A stretch of DNA of 63,598 nt, the filler included, from Octopus bimaculoides (lineage: Eukaryota), in assembly GCF_001194135.2 (NCBI RefSeq). It is 5 parts of 4 records of this genome, joined end to end, with 100 filler letters (N's around TTAATTAATTAA, not from the genome) between each part and the next. Parts side by side here need not be neighbours in the genome. Positions count along the whole stretch, not along the records: positions 29,507 to 40,189 come from NC_069000.1; positions 40,290 to 46,336 come from NC_069008.1; positions 46,437 to 62,351 come from NC_068981.1; 2 more parts are not named here. The stretch is one strand, 5' to 3'. Both the position numbers and the translations under genes were made by a program. The notes beneath the pieces are model-generated. The model was not told where the DNA came from and did no database searches. It saw only the letters and a list, made by a program, of their open reading frames with translations. Shown here one piece after another: positions 37,842-50,146 of the stretch; position 1 is the first letter of the stretch; each line of letters starts with the position of its first letter.

Positions 37842-37984
37842 ACACACACACATGTATACATATGCACACACACATATGCGCGCATATACATACACATAAT
37901 CACACGCACGCAAAAACTCGCACGTATACACACGTGGATAGAGAAATTCACCAATGCATTAAATACAACTAAGAAGCACATTCA

Positions 37985-38023
<39 letters not shown>

Positions 38024-38919
38024 GTACACACACAAGCACAGAAGCACACACTCTCACACAGAAGCACATACACACGCGCGCGCGCACTTACATACACGCG
38101 CACTCACACACCCAGATTCGTAAACACACGACTAAACTGACAGGTAAACACAAACCCACAAGTCCATCGACAAGCAGACACACCTTCGGCAAAGGAAGCA
38201 GGTGCAATGGGAAGCGATCAGGCTTGCTTATGGATGATAGGTGACACTATAAATATTATATGTCCAGTGAATATGTTATTTCGTTCCTCACCAAACATAA
38301 CGACATGTGGGAGGTTGATCTTTGTCTCATTAAAAGAAAAACATCAATAGATTTCTTTATGTCTAATGTTACCTGACCAGACATCTTCACTTGGCTGTAT
38401 TACGGAAGCAGAACAAGCATGATCTGCGTGTGTGTGTATGTGTGCATCTCTCTCTCTCTCTCCATATGTATATGAGAAAGTTAGGGGTTGAGGGTTCAAC
38501 CCACTAAGGGATAGTATCTATCCAATATACTGCTGGGACGGTACCCAATCATTGTTACACTAGTGTTATATCAGGTGCAATAAATGGGAGCGGGTAAAAA
38601 GGTGGGGAGGGGGCGGTACCCTAAATTTGTATATCAATTAGAAAATGGAGGATAATATGCTGAACCCAACGACTTGCAGACAGTGTATCCCGTTGAATTC
38701 ATTAATTTAATTCATAGCTAAAATGACAAAAAGACCCACAAAGTACAGGTATTTATGACAAACCGTGTTATTTTGACAACAGGGTTTACAGATAAAAGTA
38801 CAAAGTACATAAGGAATTAGAGAATGAACAAAAGTTTAATCTTACAGCTGTTTCGGCCTAGATTTGGCATGCCCCATTCTATCCGAATAGTTCCCGCCGG
38901 AGTGATTATCGGATGATAA

Positions 38920-39330
38920 TCTCTCGTTCTCTCTCCTCTCGCTTCCGTTTATTTCTCGCCCCCTCTTTCTGTCTCCCACACTCTCTGTCTATCCCCCTCT
39001 CTCTCTCTCGTTCTCTCACGCACTGTCTCACTCTCGCTCTCTCACTTCCTCTCCCCTCTTTGAGCCTGTCTTTCGTTCACTCTCACTTACCCTCTTTGTC
39101 TATCTCTCACGATCTCTCCCACTCTGTCTCTCTGTCTCTCATTGTCTCTCTCCCACTGTCTCTCTCTATGTCTCTCGCCCTCTCTTCTGCTTTCTGTTAC
39201 TGTCTCTCGTTCTCTATCTCCCACATTCTGTCTCTATCTCACTCTCTTCCCAACTTCCCCTCTCACTCACTTATTCTCTATCTGTCTCTCGTTCTCCCTG
39301 TTTCTTACGCTCTCTCCCACTTTCTCGCAC
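38920..39330. repeat. Degenerate (CT)n polypyrimidine tract; similar tract at 56040-56580
   Basis: Directly visible. Confidence 0.9.
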
Positions 39331-39819
39331 ATGCGTGTCTATATATGCATGTTAGTATCAATATGAGTGTGCGTGCGCATGTTAGTTTCACTGTACGTAC
39401 GTGTTAGTGTACATATGTGTATGTTAGTATGTGTATGTCCGCGTACGCGTACAGGTGTATGTGCGCGTGTGATTATTCATATATCCGGATTATACATCCG
39501 AATCACAATTTCCTTCATGAACCTAACACATCAACTCACAGAGATAGAAAAGAAAAAAAAATAATTAACAATCGTCTAAATTACATATTTAAGTGATTAC
39601 GTGGCCACTGATGTCACCTGTCATTTATCATGTTTTTGAAGTTAATGAGAAATAACGTCAGGTCGAAATGAATTCATTCATTTTGTATAGTATTAGATCG
39701 GGTGAGGCAGCATTTAATATGAAGTTTCTCTTTAAGACAGAGGTTATCGTACTTCGAGACATTCGTAAAAATTCAGTGGAATCAATCGTTATTTTTTTAC
39801 CTTTATCTTCATCTTTTAC

Positions 39820-40189
39820 TTCTTCCAGTCATTTGACTGTGGCCATGCTGGGGCACCGTCTTGAAGGGTTTTAGTCGAACAAATCGACCTCAAGGCTTTT
39901 TTTTTAAAAAAAAAAGCCTAGTACTTATTCTATCGGTCTTTTCTGCCGAATCGCTAAGTTACGGGAGCGTAAACACACCAGCATCGGTTGTCAAGCGATG
40001 ATGAGAGGACAAAGAAAGAAAGAAACACACACACATACAACGCGCTTCTTTCAGTTTCTGCCTACCAAATCCACTCACAAGGCTTTAGTCGGCCCGAAGC
40101 TATAGAAGAAGACACTTGCCCAAGGTGCTACGCAGTAGGACTGAACCCAGGACCATGTGGTTGATAAGCAAGCTACTTACCGCACAACT
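39820..40189 (-). mobile_element. tRNA-head SINE family B (gtggctgtgtggtaagtagcttgcttaccaaccacatggttc..gggttcagtcccactgcgtggcaccttgggcaag)
   Basis: A/B-box-like head. Other copies at about 1618-1780(+), 4540-4830(-), 6330-6460(-), 13000-13200(-), 15180-15600(-), 20280-20430(+), 41335-41490(+), 44178-44290(+), 46520-46870(-), 55285-55930(-). Confidence 0.8.
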
Positions 40190-40525
40190 NNNNNNNNNNN
40201 NNNNNNNNNNNNNNNNNNNNNNNNNNNNNNNNNTTAATTAATTAANNNNNNNNNNNNNNNNNNNNNNNNNNNNNNNNNNNNNNNNNNNNATTGGAATAGT
40301 GAAATTTTCATTCACTTAACCATGAAACGATTCGTATCCAATTAACTAAAGACTTGTTTTGTTTACGCTTTTCCCTCCGGTTTTTTGTTCTATGTGTGCC
40401 ATAAATATCGCCATCCGTTTTAGAGAAAAATTTGTAGTTTAGAATCAGTAGTTCTTTGACTGCTATTTCTAAATTTTCAGTATGTTGGAGAAGCAACTCA
40501 ATTGCTAATCCCTGTATATTTATGA

Positions 40526-40556
<31 letters not shown>

Positions 40557-40573
40557 ACTTGTCTTTTATTCAG

Positions 40574-40737
40574 GTGAAACTTGTCTTATACAAACAGCAA
40601 AATGCAGTAGTAACGATGGTGTTTAATGGACGAGATACAACCCTTAGAAACTGGTTTTCTATCAAAAATCTGAAAAGTTCTCCATGGACGGATTTACCAA
40701 AGTCTAAACCCAATTACTTCTCAATTGCTGGATATAA
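40574..40737 (+). CDS. Glucan-binding-like gene exon (VKLVLYK...NYFSIAGY)
   Basis: ttcag acceptor; aa|gtatat donor in phase 2 (weak but compatible with the next exon). Confidence 0.8.
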
Positions 40738-41948
40738 GTATATAATAATTCTTAATCATTGTTTTCTTTTCTCCTTTTGTAGTTATTACCTTCAGAAGTA
40801 GACTTTATAACGTGTATTGATTAGAATCTAATTTCAATGTATTGCTTATGACGCTATAGTCTGCGCTAAATGTCCCGAAAACTCATTTCGTATAGACGAC
40901 AAACGCTAAAAAGCATCGAATGTGAGCCCGACGCTCTAACCACTGAGCTATGTGCCTTCAACTAATACTACAACAACAATAGCAACCGCACCGGCAAAGG
41001 TAACAACAATAGCAACGTTAAGACGACGACACTAAGACACAACAGCGACAACAACAACAGCAAAATCGCGAACAACATCAACTGAAATACACGTCCTATT
41101 TTTATTTTCCTTCTACAGAGAAAAGCGACGGTTCTACGTGTCTAACGATCATTTTTTGTGTGGCGGAGACGATGGCTGGCTTGTCATCATCGAAGAATTT
41201 TACTTGTGCCATTGGGAAGTGTCACTTGTGTATCCCCGATTCCTATACTCTAACGAACCTTCGAAAACCACATGGCTACTCAGTAAGTATTTTGTTGTTT
41301 GAGAACATTTTGTCTTTTATCTTTTATCCGTGTAGGTGTGGCTATGTGGTAAGCAATTTGCTTCCCAACTACATAAATTCGGGTTCAGTCTTACTGTATG
41401 ATACTTTGGGCAAGTGTCTTCAATATAGCCGCGCACCGACTAAAGCTTATTGAATGAATTTGGTAGATGGAAACTGAAAGAAGCCCGTGACATACCCAGG
41501 GATCTCAACGTTAAATGTTGAAATATATCTGAAGACTTATGGGAGAGGAATTGACAAAGGCAGTGGAGAAGATCCTCCATATAATACAACACAAACTTTT
41601 AAATTGGTAGGGTCTTTCTAAGGATGTAGGAAGTACTTGTCAGAACAATCTTCTAGATTTCTTTGGGACATGTTTTTCTTGGGATGTTATCAAGATGTTT
41701 CTGGCATTTATTATTTTTTTTGTCATATCTAGGGCGCCTACAATAACAGTAGCAGTTTTTGCTTTAAGAGTCCACATCTTTTGTATTTCAATTTCTAGTT
41801 CCTAATATTCATTAAGTTTGTCAAATTCTTTTACAGATATCTTTTTATCATAGGCAATACATATATCAAGAAGCTTACAAGTATTTTCTTCCCTGTCACA
41901 AATAATATTGTCTGTTCTATTAGCTGGATCGTTCTATTATTATTATTA

Positions 41949-42016
<68 letters not shown>

Positions 42017-42301
42017 GCCTTTGTTCAGCTTCTAACGCTGGAGATGTACTACAGTGTCAGCTGTTCACTACCAGTGAACTAAGGTAACAACTCTTATTTT
42101 TCGAGCACCTTCCGGAGTATTCGAGCGGTTCGAAGCAGTGCTGTTTTCTGCAAGTGCTCCGCCCTTACTGCAGTCCCTATTTTTTCCATTGACATTATTT
42201 TGGTCAGAAGGGACTGCAATGTCAGTGAGCAGGTGTTTTCCCCAATCCTTGACTATTATGTCTGGGCAATTAGCTTTTATTTCTTCGTCGGTTTGTACCG
42301 G

Positions 42302-42358
<57 letters not shown>

Positions 42359-43436
42359 GTATTTTAAAAGGATTGACATAACTCTCCACAATGGTAAACA
42401 GACAAGACGAAGAGCGCGATGCGATAGCAATAGATATTTTATTGGTTGAACGATATTTCGACAGCAAGCCTGTCTTTTTGTCGAGTTCAAAATAGAAAGT
42501 GATGAGAATTCAAAATTGTAGGAATTCAAATCTAAAGAATGAACGAGAGCAGCCAGCGTCCACACGTTGGTTGAATGACATCATCAGTTTTTAAGTTTCC
42601 GTTTTATAACAGGCGAAAATAAAAAGACAGGAGAAAGACAAAAAAAAAAGGCAGGGAAAAAGACAATAAAAGAGAGGAAAGAAAAAAGAATACTGAATCA
42701 AACAGTTTTGTGTAAATTTGATGATATTCTCCTGCCATTTTATTCATTCCTTCNNNNNNNNNNNNNNNNNNNNNNNNNNNNNNNNNNNNNNNNNNNNNNN
42801 NNNNNNNNNNNNNNNNNNNNNNNNNNNNNNNNNNNNNNNNNNNNNNNNNNNNNNNNNNNNNNNNNNNNNNNNNNNNNNNNNNNNNNNNNNNNNNNNNNNN
42901 NNNNNNNNNNNNNNNNNNNNNNNNNNNNNNNNNNNNNNNNNNNNNNNNNNNNNNNNNNNNNNNNNNNNNNNNNNNNNNNNNNNNNNNNNNNNNNNNNNNN
43001 NNNNNNNNNNNNNNNNNNNNNNNNNNNNNNNNNNNNNNNNNNNNNNNNNNNNNNNNNNNNNNNNNNNNNNNNNNNNNNNNNNNNNNNNNNNNNNNNNNNN
43101 NNNNNNNNNNNNNNNNNNNNNNNNNNNNNNNNNNNNNNNNNNNNNNNNNNNNNNNNNNNNNNNNNNNNNNNNNNNNNNNNNNNNNNNNNNNNNNNNNNNN
43201 NNNNNNNNNNNNNNNNNNNNNNNNNNNNNNNNNNNNNNNNNNNNNNNNNNNNNNNNNNNNNNNNNNNNNNNNNNNNNNNNNNNNNNNNNNNNNNNNNNNN
43301 NNNNNNNNNNNNNNNNNNNNNNNNNNNNNNNNNNNNNNNNNNNNNNNNNNNNNNNNNNNNNNNNNNNNNNNNNNNNNNNNNNNNNNNNNNNNNNNNNNNN
43401 NNNNNNNNNNNNNNNNNNNNNNNNNNNNNNNNNNNN

Positions 43437-43506
<70 letters not shown>

Positions 43507-43734
43507 GCAACAACATCGAAAAATACCTTAGGAATGAGAACCCAGGTTCGAAATTTTCCCAAGACACCTGATGAAGGCTGGAGGGTATATCAGCCGAAAC
43601 GTTGTGTTAACTAACAACAAACAAGATGAGGATAAATATCCGTCAAATGTAAATAATGTATTATTATTATTGTTGTTGTTGATGTTGTTGCTAGCAGCAG
43701 CAGCAGCAGTAGCAGCAGCAGTAGCAGCAGCAGC

Positions 43735-43786
<52 letters not shown>

Positions 43787-43915
43787 CCGCTACTGCCGTT
43801 GTTGCTATTTTTTTATGTTTATTGTTTGTTTTTATTCTTGTTCCTGATGTTACTCTTTCCAGGTTACGGATCAGCAGATACCCTGGCCATATTCATCCGC
43901 TTGATACAGAAATAA
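40574..43915 (+). CDS. 3' exons (40574-40737, 41119-41282, 43863-43915) of a protein with a lophotrochozoan domain of the type annotated as beta-1,3-glucan-binding-protein-like; upstream exons not found
   Basis: Phase-consistent splice gives VKLVLYKQQNAVVTMVFNGRDTTLRNWFSIKNLKSSPWTDLPKSKPNYFSIAGYKEKRRFYVSNDHFLCGGDDGWLVIIEEFYLCHWEVSLVYPRFLYSNEPSKTTWLLSYGSADTLAIFIRLIQK*. The family name is from memory, not from a search. Confidence 0.8.
41119..41282 (+). CDS. Glucan-binding-like gene exon (EKRRFYVSNDH...CHWE...PRFLYS...TWLL)
   Basis: ttccttctacag acceptor, a|gtaagt donor. The ORF track shows the wrong frame here. Confidence 0.85.
41500..41935 (-). mobile_element. R4/Dong-type LINE 3' fragment
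   Basis: ANRTDNIICDREENTCKLLDICIAYDKKISVKEFDKLNEY*ELEIEIQKMWTLKAKTATVIVGAL, a decayed PD..D-type endonuclease. Confidence 0.8.
42017..42301 (-). mobile_element. R4/Dong-type LINE 3' end (internally deleted) with (AAT)n tail
   Basis: PVQTDEEIKANCPDIIVKD..LLTDIAVPSDQN, then HLQKTALLRTARILRKVLEK*, a 3' UTR and (AAT)n. Confidence 0.75.
43563..43608 (+). ncRNA. Minimal type I hammerhead ribozyme (Penelope-like element relic)
   Basis: gacac-CTGATGA-a-ggctg[gagggtatat]cagcc-GAAAC-GTT-gtgtt: intact core, 5-bp stem II, palindromic AACGTT in place of stem III, stem I gacac/gtgtt. Confidence 0.75.
43863..43915 (+). CDS. Glucan-binding-like gene last exon (SYGSADTLAIFIRLIQK*)
   Basis: ctttccag acceptor in phase 1, TAA, then AATAAA at 44064-44069. 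Confidence 0.8.
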
Positions 43916-44063
43916 CCAAAACTATCTATCTATATGAGCATCTATACCATCTGTGACCATCTATATATCTATACTATCTATATCTATACTATACTATATC
44001 TATACCACCTATATCTATACTATATGACCATCACCGCTGACCCACACTCCATGTGCACTACTC

Positions 44064-44069
44064 AATAAA
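44064..44069 (+). terminator. Poly(A) signal AATAAA
   Basis: About 150 nt after the stop at 43915. Confidence 0.55.
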
Positions 44070-44574
44070 AGTCACTGATAACCATTCTATTCAACATTGG
44101 TCTTTCATTCTCTCTCTTTTTTTTTACTTTGAGATAAGCACATTTATTATTATTTGTTGCACCTATATGTATACATACAGGCGCAAGAGTGGCTGTGTGG
44201 TAAGTAGCTTGCTTACCAACCACATGGTTTCGGGTTCAGTCCCACTGCGTGGCACCTTGGGCAAGTGCCTTCTACTATAGCTTCGAGCCGAGGCTACAGT
44301 TTTTTTTGTGTTTTTTTTTAAAGTTTTCTTCTTTCCTTTTTCTTTCTTTACTTCCCTTTTTTCCCATCACATGACTTTGTAAATAACCAATCTAGTACGT
44401 ATACTCGGCTTCGTATATTTTACCCCTGTGTCACTTTGATGGCATGCACTGCTCTCTCACTCAATAATAACACATACATACATGCATACATACATACATG
44501 CATACATACATACATACATACATACATACATACATACATACATACATGCATATATATACGTACTACGTATGTAC

Positions 44575-44930
44575 ATGCGAAAATTCGAAGAAGATAGTAA
44601 CATTGACATGAAGCGAAGCCCCTCTTGGACTCGTGACCGCTACATCACATCATACTTCGAAGGCTGTGCATTGGCAATCCAAGAACAGGAGATTGCTGCT
44701 AAATACCTGATCAACAAAAGAGAGAGTGAAGCCCTTGCAGTTGCAAGATGCAGCCGTAAATGTCGATTATATCACATTTCTGTGGAAGACATCACATGTG
44801 TGATTAAGTAGCTGTTCAGAAATATCATCATAGTACTAACTCCCTCGGTGACACGACAGTCGCAAAAGCAATCTACAATACCATTAGGAACAAAAAAAAG
44901 ACTCCTGGAACAAATATAGAAAATCCCCAG
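44575..44930 (+). mobile_element. RLE-type LINE fragment (post-RT region with decayed CCHC knuckle)
   Basis: ITSYFEGCALAIQEQEIAAKYL..KR...KCRLYH..VEDITCVI, followed by stops. Confidence 0.7.
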
Positions 44931-46726
44931 TTTGTAATCCGGACTCGAGTTTCAGGGCTATTTCCAGCCAACTTATTACAGTCTGTTAAAGTCTGTCATA
45001 CCGGCCATGACGNNNNNNNNNNNNNNNNNNNNNNNNNNNNNNNNNNNNNNNNNNNNNNNNNNNNNNNNNNNNNNNNNNNNNNNNNNNNNNNNNNNNNNNN
45101 NNNNNNNNNNNNNNNNNNNNNNNNNNNNNNNNNNNNNNNNNNNNNNNNNNNNNNNNNNNNNNNNNNNNNNNNNNNNNNNNNNNNNNNNNNNNNNNNNNNN
45201 NNNNNNNNNNNNNNNNNNNNNNNNNNNNNNNNNNNNNNNNNNNNNNNNNNNNNNNNNNNNNNNNNNNNNNNNNNNNNNNNNNNNNNNNNNNNNNNNNNNN
45301 NNNNNNNNNNNNNNNNNNNNNNNNNNNNNNNNNNNNNNNNNNNNNNNNNNNNNNNNNNNNNNNNNNNNNNNNNNNNNNNNNNNNNNNNNNNNNNNNNNNN
45401 NNNNNNNNNNNNNNNNNNNNNNNNNNNNNNNNNNNNNNNNNNNNNNNNNNNNNNNNNNNNNNNNNNNNNNNNNNNNNNNNNNNNNNNNNNNNNNNNNNNN
45501 NNNNNNNNNNNNNNNNNNNAATATATACATATATATATATTTATATATATAATAGTGGCTAGTTGAAGTCAATAATTCAAGCATAGTTCATGTTATAGAT
45601 GCAGTGATGGCATTAGTGGCTTCGTTATTGTTATTCAGAGACGGATTCTCTGTTGTAGTGGTGGTTGATTGCTGCGGCGTCAAGTAGTTGGGCGGTAGAT
45701 GTTTTGGTCTTGTTTCTTAGGAGACCACGTGTGCAAGTCATTAAATGGAAACACTTGAATAGAATAGAAATACAATGCTGGCTGTGTGCAGTGGTAGGAT
45801 AAAGGGTTTTGTTCAGTCTCTGAAGCTGGTGTGGTGTTTAATAAAAGACTTAGTTGTTACACTTGCAAAGATATCGACTCAACGTTGATTATGTATGGAT
45901 ATGTATATGTATACGTACAGATGCATCTCGAAAGTGAATAGGCAAACTTCATTGCACTGTTTTATCCCTGTGGATCCCACTTCCGGTTGCAGTTCATAGT
46001 CATATCCAGGTAAAAAACAAATAAAGAGAGGGAGAGAGATAAAAGGAAAAACTTCATCATGCCTAAAACTGCGTTTTGCTTGATTAACACCAGTGAACAT
46101 GTAGTGGTGATCTGAATTATAAAATGTCGCCACGCAAGAGGATTGAAACGGGAACAGAAACCACGTAGTTTGTAAAGTGAACACAGCCATGCCTACGATA
46201 ATAGCTCTCTCTCACTCCCTATCTCTTTCATTCTCTCTGACTTTATCTCTTTCTTTCTGTACATACATAATTACTCAGGCACACACACACATACATGCAT
46301 ACTTACATATATATATACCTATATATATATATATATNNNNNNNNNNNNNNNNNNNNNNNNNNNNNNNNNNNNNNNNNNNNTTAATTAATTAANNNNNNNN
46401 NNNNNNNNNNNNNNNNNNNNNNNNNNNNNNNNNNNNATGTATGTATGTATGTATGTATGTGTATGTATATATGTGTGTATGTATATATGTATGCATATAT
46501 ATTTGTGTGTGCGTGTATCTTTTATCTTTTACTTGTTTCAGTCATTAGACTAAGGCCATGCTGGGGCACCGCACTGAAACATTTCAGTCGAGCGAAATGA
46601 CCCCAAGACTTTTTTTTAAAGTCATTTTTGCTGAACCGCTAGGCTAAAGGGACATAAAGGAACATAGAGCAGCAGCCAAGTGGTAGTGGTGNNNNNNNNN
46701 NNNNNNNNGTGGTGGTGGAAAAACAC

Positions 46727-46764
<38 letters not shown>

Positions 46765-47027
46765 TATATATACGATGGATTTCTTTCAGTTTCCGTCCAC
46801 CAAATCCATTCACAAGGCTTTGATCAGTCCCAGGAGATACTTTGCCCAAGATGCTATGCAGTGGGACTGAGAATATATTCCCTATGTGTCTGGTGTAAAA
46901 AACACTGGAAAGTAAGTCATTGTCAAGCGAGACTACTCACGCAGAAAATATATTTCCTTACGCCCAGCTCCATTGCGTGACTTTTAGAGGCCCCCTGCAA
47001 CTTTTCATTTCATTTATGGATTAACAA

Positions 47028-47195
47028 GGCAACTGTTAGTTTCATGCTGAAAATTCTCAACAATTATCTAACCTGTCACAGGGGACATTGGGACTTAATC
47101 TTGGATGACAATATCAAGATGGAAATGAGTACCAACTTCCCATGTGGCAGGTTTGATAATTGTTGAGAATTCTTGGCCTGAAGCTAACGGTTGCC
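47028..47195. mobile_element. Fold-back (almost wholly palindromic) element
   Basis: ggcaactgttagtttca..aattctcaacaattatc.aacctg.caca pairs with the reverse complement of 47130-47195; central atcttg/caagat. Confidence 0.7.
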
Positions 47196-48829
47196 CCACA
47201 AATAAAAAAGAAGTTCACATACACACGTGCATATGTATATGTGTATGTGTGTGTGTGAGTGTAATTTGTTCCAGTAATTGGCCTTGAATTAAGCCGGGGC
47301 AGTGCGTTAACGAGTTTTAGTCAGACAAATTGAATCCAGTACTCTTTTTAAAGTCTGGTACTGATTCTAACAATGTGAATCAATAAGCTTTCAATTGGAC
47401 AGAGAAATCAAAATGCTTAGGGCTTTGAAGATAGGTTTACGACCCTTGCTTACTGATGTAATTGTGTATTCTTAAGGGTAAAGGTTCTGCAAGGACATGG
47501 TGAAGGCTAAATTTCAGTACACCGGCTTATAGGATAATCCAGCTCTACCCAGATGATGAGTGTGTGCTTGGTGGATTGACGGAATTGTACTCTGGTAGAT
47601 TTTCACGTTTCTTGCATTTTGCAGGAAGAGAGCGGGAGGAAAAGAGGAGATAAGTACGGGCGGGTAAGGAGAGGATATGGAGGGGGAGGGAAATGACGAA
47701 AAAAGGAGTAGGGGNNNNNNNNNNNNNNNNNNNNNNNNNNNNNNNNNNNNNNNNNNNNNNNNNNNNNNNNNNNNNNNNNNNNNNNNNNNNNNNNNNNNNN
47801 NNNNNNNNNNNNNNNNNNNNNNNNNNNNNNNNNNNNNNNNNNNNNNNNNNNNNNNNNNNNNNNNNNNNNNNNNNNNNNNNNNNNNNNNNNNNNNNNNNNN
47901 NNNNNNNNNNNNNNNNNNNNNNNNNNNNNNNNNNNNNNNNNNNNNNNNNNNNNNNNNNNNNNNNNNNNNNNNNNNNNNNNNNNNNNNNNNNNNNNNNNNN
48001 NNNNNNNNNNNNNNNNNNNNNNNNNNNNNNNNNNNNNNNNNNNNNNNNNNNNNNNNNNNNNNNNNNNNNNNNNNNNNNNNNNNNNNNNNNNNNNNNNNNN
48101 NNNNNNNNNNNNNNNNNNNNNNNNNNNNNNNNNNNNNNNNNNNNNNNNNNNNNNNNNNNNNNNNNNNNNNNNNNNNNNNNNNNNNNNNNNNNNNNNNNNN
48201 NNNNNNNNNNNNNNNNNNNNNNNNNNNNNNNNNNNNNNNNNNNNNNNNNNNNNNNNNNNNNNNNNNNNNNNNNNNNNNNNNNNNNNNNNNNNNNNNNNNN
48301 NNNNNNNNNNNNNNNNNNNNNNNNNNNNNNNNNNNNNNNNNNNNNNNNNNNNNNNNNNNNNNNNNNNNNNNNNNNNNNNNNNNNNNNNNNNAGTACCAGT
48401 TATGCACTGGGGTTAATGTAATCAACTTAATCCCTTTGTCTGTGCTTTTTGTCCCCTCTATGTTTAGCCCCTATGGGCAATAAAGAAATAGATATGTATA
48501 TATATATATATATATTTATAAATTTATATATATGTATATATATAGCGGCGAGCTGGCAGAATCGTTAGCGGTATTTCGTCTGCCGTTACATTCTGAGTTC
48601 AAATTCGCTGTGGTCGACTTTGCCTTTCATCCTTTCGGAGTTGATTAAATAAGTACCAGTTATGCACTGGGGTTAATGTAATCAACTTAATCCCTTTGTC
48701 TGTGCTTTTTGTCCCCTCTATGTTTAGCCCCTATGGGCAATAAAGAAATAGATATGTATATATATATATATTTATACACATGCACACACACACACATGCA
48801 CATATATCTATAGACATATAAGCAAGGTG

Positions 48830-49130
48830 CGATCCTATTGAGAGATGCAGAGGGTTTGTAAGTGTTTCTCTCTGCAGATCTTCCAGCATGCTCGGCATCA
48901 CAGGGGCCAGTAGTTAGAAGGCCGTCAATTCGGCAGGGGAGTCAGCTGTGATTGCCTCCAGAGGATCAAAATGTACGAAACCTGGAAGGGGCCCTGCTAC
49001 CAGGGGTAGTGTGAACTGGGCTCAACCTGAGCCTTGGTCACCTTGGCTGGGTTGCCTGGGTGAGAGTGTTTGGTTATTGAAAGATCCGAAACACCAAATT
49101 ACTCCAGGAAACATCACATGATGTATATGT
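48830..49130 (+). mobile_element. Probable non-LTR retrotransposon 3' UTR relic (HERO/R2-superfamily-like)
   Basis: gttgcctgggtgagagtgtttggttattgaaagatccgaaacacc..actccagg..acatcac resembles 3' ends I recall for this group; no ORF. Confidence 0.3.
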
Positions 49131-50146
49131 ACAATAGATATTTGGAGCTTGGGTATACACCTGGTAGTATGCCGATTAAAGCACTTTCACGGACTATGGC
49201 TACCTGATGTCATCCGCAGTATTGGTAGAAATGCCGCTGGATTTACTTCATGAATTCCTCAGTGTATTTTGAGTATATAACAAATGTGAGAAGGAGAAAA
49301 TGGAATTCATGAGATTCTTTATTAATCACAACAATCGTTTTTCTCATTTGATATATATGTATGTGTATATATATACATTTATGTATATATATATATATAT
49401 ACACATTAGTACACTCTTGGAGTGGTTAGCATTAGGAAGGGCATCCAGCTGTAGAAACTTTGCCAGACCAGATTGAGCCTGGTGCAGCCTTCTGGCTCGT
49501 CAGCCCTCAATCAAACCGTCCAACCCATGCCAGAATGGAAAGCGGATGTTAAACAATGATGATGATGTTGGTGTATGAGAACGCACGCGCGTGGAGTGCT
49601 CGCTCCTCGTCAGTTATCCGCCAGAAATCATCACAATTTCACTGCATTATCGATAATATATGTAAATCTATCTATCTATCTANNNNNNNNNNNNNNNNNN
49701 NNNNNNNNNNNNNNNNNNNNNNNNNNNNNNNNNNNNNNNNNNNNNNNNNNNNNNNNNNNNNNNNNNNNNNNNNNNNNNNNNNNNNNNNNNNNNNNNNNNN
49801 NNNNNNNNNNNNNNNNNNNNNNNNNNNNNNNNNNNNNNNNNNNNNNNNNNNNNNNNNNNNNNNNNNNNNNNNNNNNNNNNNNNNNNNNNNNNNNNNNNNN
49901 NNNNNNNNNNNNNNNNNNNNNNNNNNNNNNNNNNNNNNNNNNNNNNNNNNNNNNNNNNNNNNNNNNNNNNNNNNNNNNNNNNNNNNNNNNNNNNNNNNNN
50001 NNNNNNNNNNNNNNNNNNNNNNNNNNNNNNNNNNNNNNNNNNNNNNNNNNNNNNNNNNNNNNNNNNNNNNNNNNNNNNNNNNNNNNNNNNNNNNNNNNNN
50101 NNNNNNGAGTCCACCTAGCGGTCATTCCTCTTATATGTATGTAATA

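Noticed and set aside
45975-46070. Signal-peptide-like MKFFLLSLSLSLFVFYL on -
   Set aside because: Hydrophobicity comes from a (CT)n repeat; a stop follows after 31 codons with no good donor.
47625-47663. 39-nt stretch with good acceptor and donor on + (EESGRKRGDKYGR)
   Set aside because: Purine-rich low complexity next to a gap; no host gene or homology identified.
48392-48770. Duplicated SINE tail (48392-48510 and 48652-48770)
   Set aside because: Gap-adjacent and identical; probably an assembly overlap, otherwise only a SINE duplication.
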